Origin: Chloropicon primus
Taxonomy: Eukaryota
Assembly (NCBI GenBank): GCA_023205875.1
Contig: CP060757.1
Location: 372,001-436,000, forward strand
Direction: 5' to 3'
Length of the DNA: 64,000 nt
Shown here: positions 60,880 to 64,000 of the stretch, in pieces
Layout of the letters: each line of letters begins with the position of its first letter
Numbering within the stretch: the stretch's first letter is position 1
Position numbers and translations under genes: made by a program
The notes under the pieces: generated by a model
The model's input: only the letters and a program-made list of their open reading frames with translations
Told to the model about the DNA's origin: nothing
Database searches by the model: none

Positions 60880-62316
60880 ATGGGCGACGTGTGCAGGATG
60901 ATATCCACGGCGACGACGACGACGAGCCAGGCGAGGAGAATGGCCTCGAGGGTCAGGGGGAGGCACGCGAGGGCGGCGGCGGCGGCGCGAGGGGGGTCGT
61001 CGTCGCACGTGTGCAGGGTGTCGTCCCTGGACGAGAACCAGGTGCACTACTCGAAGCGTTCCCCGAAGGACCGCATCGTGATCACGGGCCTCGGCGTGGC
61101 GTCGTGCTTCGGTCAGGACACCGGCGTGTTCTACGACAGCCTTCTGGCGGGAAAGAGCGGCGTGAGGCTTCTGGACGAGTTCGACACGGACAACCTCGCC
61201 GTGAAGTTCGCGGCGCCTTGCTCGGACGACGTGTTCTCCACCGAGGGCTACATTGATAGGAAGAACGCCAGGAGGCAGGACAAGGTCATCAAGCTGTGCA
61301 TCACGACCGGAAAGAAGTCCCTGGAGGACGCCGGCCTGGTGGACGAGGAGCTCGAGAAGCTGGACAAGGCGAGGTGCGGCTGCCTGGTCGGAAGCGGGAT
61401 CGGAGGGATGACGTTCTTCGAGAAGAACGTGCACACGTACTACAACAGGGGACCCACAAAGGTCAGCCCGTTCTTCATTCCTTACATCATCCCGAACATG
61501 CCGAGCGCCATGCTCGCGATGGACATCGGGTTCATGGGGCCCAACTACTCGGTGAGCACGGCGTGCGCCACCGCCAACTACTGCTACCACCTCGCCGCCA
61601 GGCACATCAGGAACGGCGACGCGGACCTGATGCTCGTCGGGGGGACGGAGGCCCCGGTGAACCCCATCGCCTTGGCCGGGTTCCACGCCTGCAGAGCGCT
61701 CTCGACGTCGAATGACGACCCCGAGGGGGCCTCGAGGCCCTGGGACGTCAACAGGAACGGCTTTGTGATGGGAGAGGGCTGCGGGACCCTGGTCATGGAG
61801 TCCCTGGAACACGCCCAGAAGAGGGGAGCGAAGATCATCGCAGAGTACCTGGGAGGGGCGGTGACCTGCGACGCGCACCACATGACAGAGCCCAGGGAGG
61901 ATGGCTTTGGCGTGAGGAGCTGCATGGAGCTCGCCATGGCTGACGCTGGCATCGAGAGGGAGGAGGTGAACTACATCAACGCCCACGCCACCAGCACGCC
62001 GCTCGGGGACGTCGCGGAGGTTGCAGCGATCAAAAAGGTCTTCAGCGACACCTCGCATCTGAAGATGAACGCCACCAAGTCCATGACAGGGCACGCTCTG
62101 GGCGCGGCGGGAGGCCTGGAGGCCATCGCCTGCATCAAGGCCATTGAGACTGGAATGCTCCACCCCACGATCAACCTCAAGGACTGCGAGGAGGCCATAG
62201 ACATAGACACCTGCGGGAACGGAAAGGTCGAGCTCGAGGTCACGGGGGCCATGTCGAACAGCTTTGGATTCGGAGGGCACAACTCCGTATGCATCTTTGG
62301 ACCTTACAAGGAGTAA
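60880..62316 (+). CDS. KASI: Plastid 3-ketoacyl-ACP synthase I (FabF/FabB family)
   Basis: RIVITGLG, STEGYIDRKNARR and KVSPFFIPY (KAS I-like), STACAT catalytic Cys, DAHH, YINAHATST, KSMTGH, SNSFGFGGHNS; transit peptide. Confidence 0.92.
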   Translation: MGDVCRMISTATTTTSQARRMASRVRGRHARAAAAARGGSSSHVCRVSSLDENQVHYSKRSPKDRIVITGLGVASCFGQDTGVFYDSLLAGKSGVRLLDEFDTDNLAVKFAAPCSDDVFSTEGYIDRKNARRQDKVIKLCITTGKKSLEDAGLVDEELEKLDKARCGCLVGSGIGGMTFFEKNVHTYYNRGPTKVSPFFIPYIIPNMPSAMLAMDIGFMGPNYSVSTACATANYCYHLAARHIRNGDADLMLVGGTEAPVNPIALAGFHACRALSTSNDDPEGASRPWDVNRNGFVMGEGCGTLVMESLEHAQKRGAKIIAEYLGGAVTCDAHHMTEPREDGFGVRSCMELAMADAGIEREEVNYINAHATSTPLGDVAEVAAIKKVFSDTSHLKMNATKSMTGHALGAAGGLEAIACIKAIETGMLHPTINLKDCEEAIDIDTCGNGKVELEVTGAMSNSFGFGGHNSVCIFGPYKE

Positions 62317-62453
62317 GCGCAGGGGGGGGGGGCTTGTCCTCCTTCTTGTGCCGCGCCAGGTCCTTGCCGCCCAAGTAAACAATGGAGGAGAATAAAATTT
62401 TTAGTGCAATCGTTGAATCACGCTTTTGTGTACAGCTGTATTGTTACAATTAA

Positions 62454-64000
62454 TCACTTTTCTTTCTTCGCTTCTTCCTCCCCACCGTCCTTTTCTATCT
62501 TTTCCTTCTCTTCCGAGTACCCAAACTCGTTTGTCCTGGTCTTGTCCACCCGGTAGATCCACCTCTGATACAGTTGGATCAGGAAGATGACGTCGTCCCT
62601 GAAGACCGAGAGCCTGTGCAACGTGGGCATCTTGATCACAAAGGCAAAGAGATCGTCGATGATGGTGTTGAGGAATTTGTACGTCATCTGCCGCCAAGGC
62701 AGATGGGCTACGCTCTTCATTCTGTAATTGATGTAGAGCTGAGGGCACATGAGGATGAACCCAAAGGTGTACACCGCGCCAACTAGACTGGAGAGGATCC
62801 ACGAGTACCAGCTCTTGTGCGTCTCGTACATCAAGGAATAGCCCGCGTAGCCAGCGACCAGGGGATAAAGCACGTAAGAAAGATACCTACTGGCCTCCTG
62901 GTCGTAGGTCTTGGTCTTGCTGGTGGCGTAGCTCTCCCTGTCCTTGATGGTCAAAAAAGGGATGAACCCCTTGAGCATGACCCTCTCGACCTTGCACGCC
63001 TTGGTCACTTTCCAGAATTCGATCATCAGGCCCAGGCCATTGCTGAAGAGAATCAAGGTGCTGGTCTCGTTCTCGAGCAGGTAAAGGAAAATGACAACCT
63101 GGCAGGAGCAATTTATCAGGATGCTCCTTGCAGACAGGCCTTTCATGGATTCGTTCTTGCTCCAGAAGCCGATGTCGCTCTTGAAGGCCAGCATGTCGAA
63201 CACAGTGTGCAGCAGGGAGACGATCGTGGTGAGGGCCAAGAAATACGGGTTTGTCTCCAGGAACATGCGCTTCAGCTCCTCCGCTTGTTTCTTGTTGGAC
63301 AGGCCCATCTTCTCCTGCAATTCCCAGGATTTTTCCATCTGCAAGTATACCGCAGCCTTCCACAGGGGGAGCTCATGAAGCCTGAGAAAGAGAGAGAGAG
63401 AGAGAGGAACGACGCGGTCAGTCCCACACGATTCATTATCGCTGGTTCGCGCGGCATTTGATTTCTCGCTTACCTTATGCCAAGCGTCAGCTTGCTGCTG
63501 GTGGTCTCATTCATTTCGGTCATTTGATCCTCCAAGAGCCAAAAGTTGTGCAGGAAGACGAAGGGAGCGTACGTCTCCGTCTCCTCGTCCTGGCGAAGGA
63601 AAAGGTCGACGGGAGGTTGGACCTGCTGGCCCAGTGGATACACGGCTTCGTGACTCAGGAGAGAAACGGTCAGGTTGCCTTTCCAGTAAGTCGCCATGAC
63701 AGGCGGTCCCGAATCCTTTTCGACCCTGGCCTCCCTCCCTTGATCCACCTCGGACGAGGACATGAGGTTCTGCCCCGCCTTCTCCTGCTTCTTCTCCCTC
63801 CTCTCGGTGAGTGGGTAGGCCAGGGCCAGCTCGCGCATGATGGGCTCGCCGGATGAACTGCTCCCTGCCACGTATTCGACGACACAGACTGCTTGAAGGT
63901 TTGCATTCCTGATCGCAGAGCCTTCCACTTCGATGGAGGCGTAAACGTCCGTGTCCGAGCCAGAGATGAAGGAGGTGTACTCCCAGTGGGGCCGCTGCCC
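62454..64000 (-). CDS. CLPTM1: CLPTM1-family membrane protein (3' part; exons >64000-63474, 63381-62454)
   Basis: ELKRMFLETNPYFL, LHTVFDMLAFKSDIGFW, FGFILMCPQLYINYRMKSVAHLPW, YKFLNTIIDDLFAFVIKMP, YQRWIYRVDKTRTNEFG. Confidence 0.95.

Overview
Gene-dense, GC-rich eukaryotic nuclear DNA with about 35 protein-coding genes, short intergenic spacers, few short GT-AG introns with CTGAC branch points, and many GA/CT microsatellites. Plastid-targeted enzymes (KAS I, chlorophyll b reductase NOL-like, NAD-MDH) point to a compact green-algal picoeukaryote. A Chloropicon-like prasinophyte is my inference, not a database result. Recognisable genes include gamma-glutamyl phosphate reductase, a DHHC palmitoyltransferase, RNase H2B, C2CD3, RPL22, a BNR/sialidase-like protein, syntaxin, XPC/Rad4, GGCT, Ap4A phosphorylase, THO2, ThrRS, NAD kinase, SLC25A38, IFT27, a SANBR-like BTB protein, WDR74, YIF1, TMEM161, a Nudix hydrolase and CLPTM1. 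The best unannotated signals are two intron-encoded box C/D guide RNAs that share an atypical RUGAUAG box C. One is a ~205 nt scaRNA-like RNA in the Nudix gene with antisense elements to U4 (A65 position) and to the U2 branch-site region. The other is a snoRNA in the proA intron that targets the 18S site equivalent to human Am512. Also noted: a dispersed ~48 bp G-tract element between co-oriented genes, a 101 bp hairpin-rich tandem duplication, and centriole/IFT genes. All assignments come from motif recognition by eye; no searches were run.
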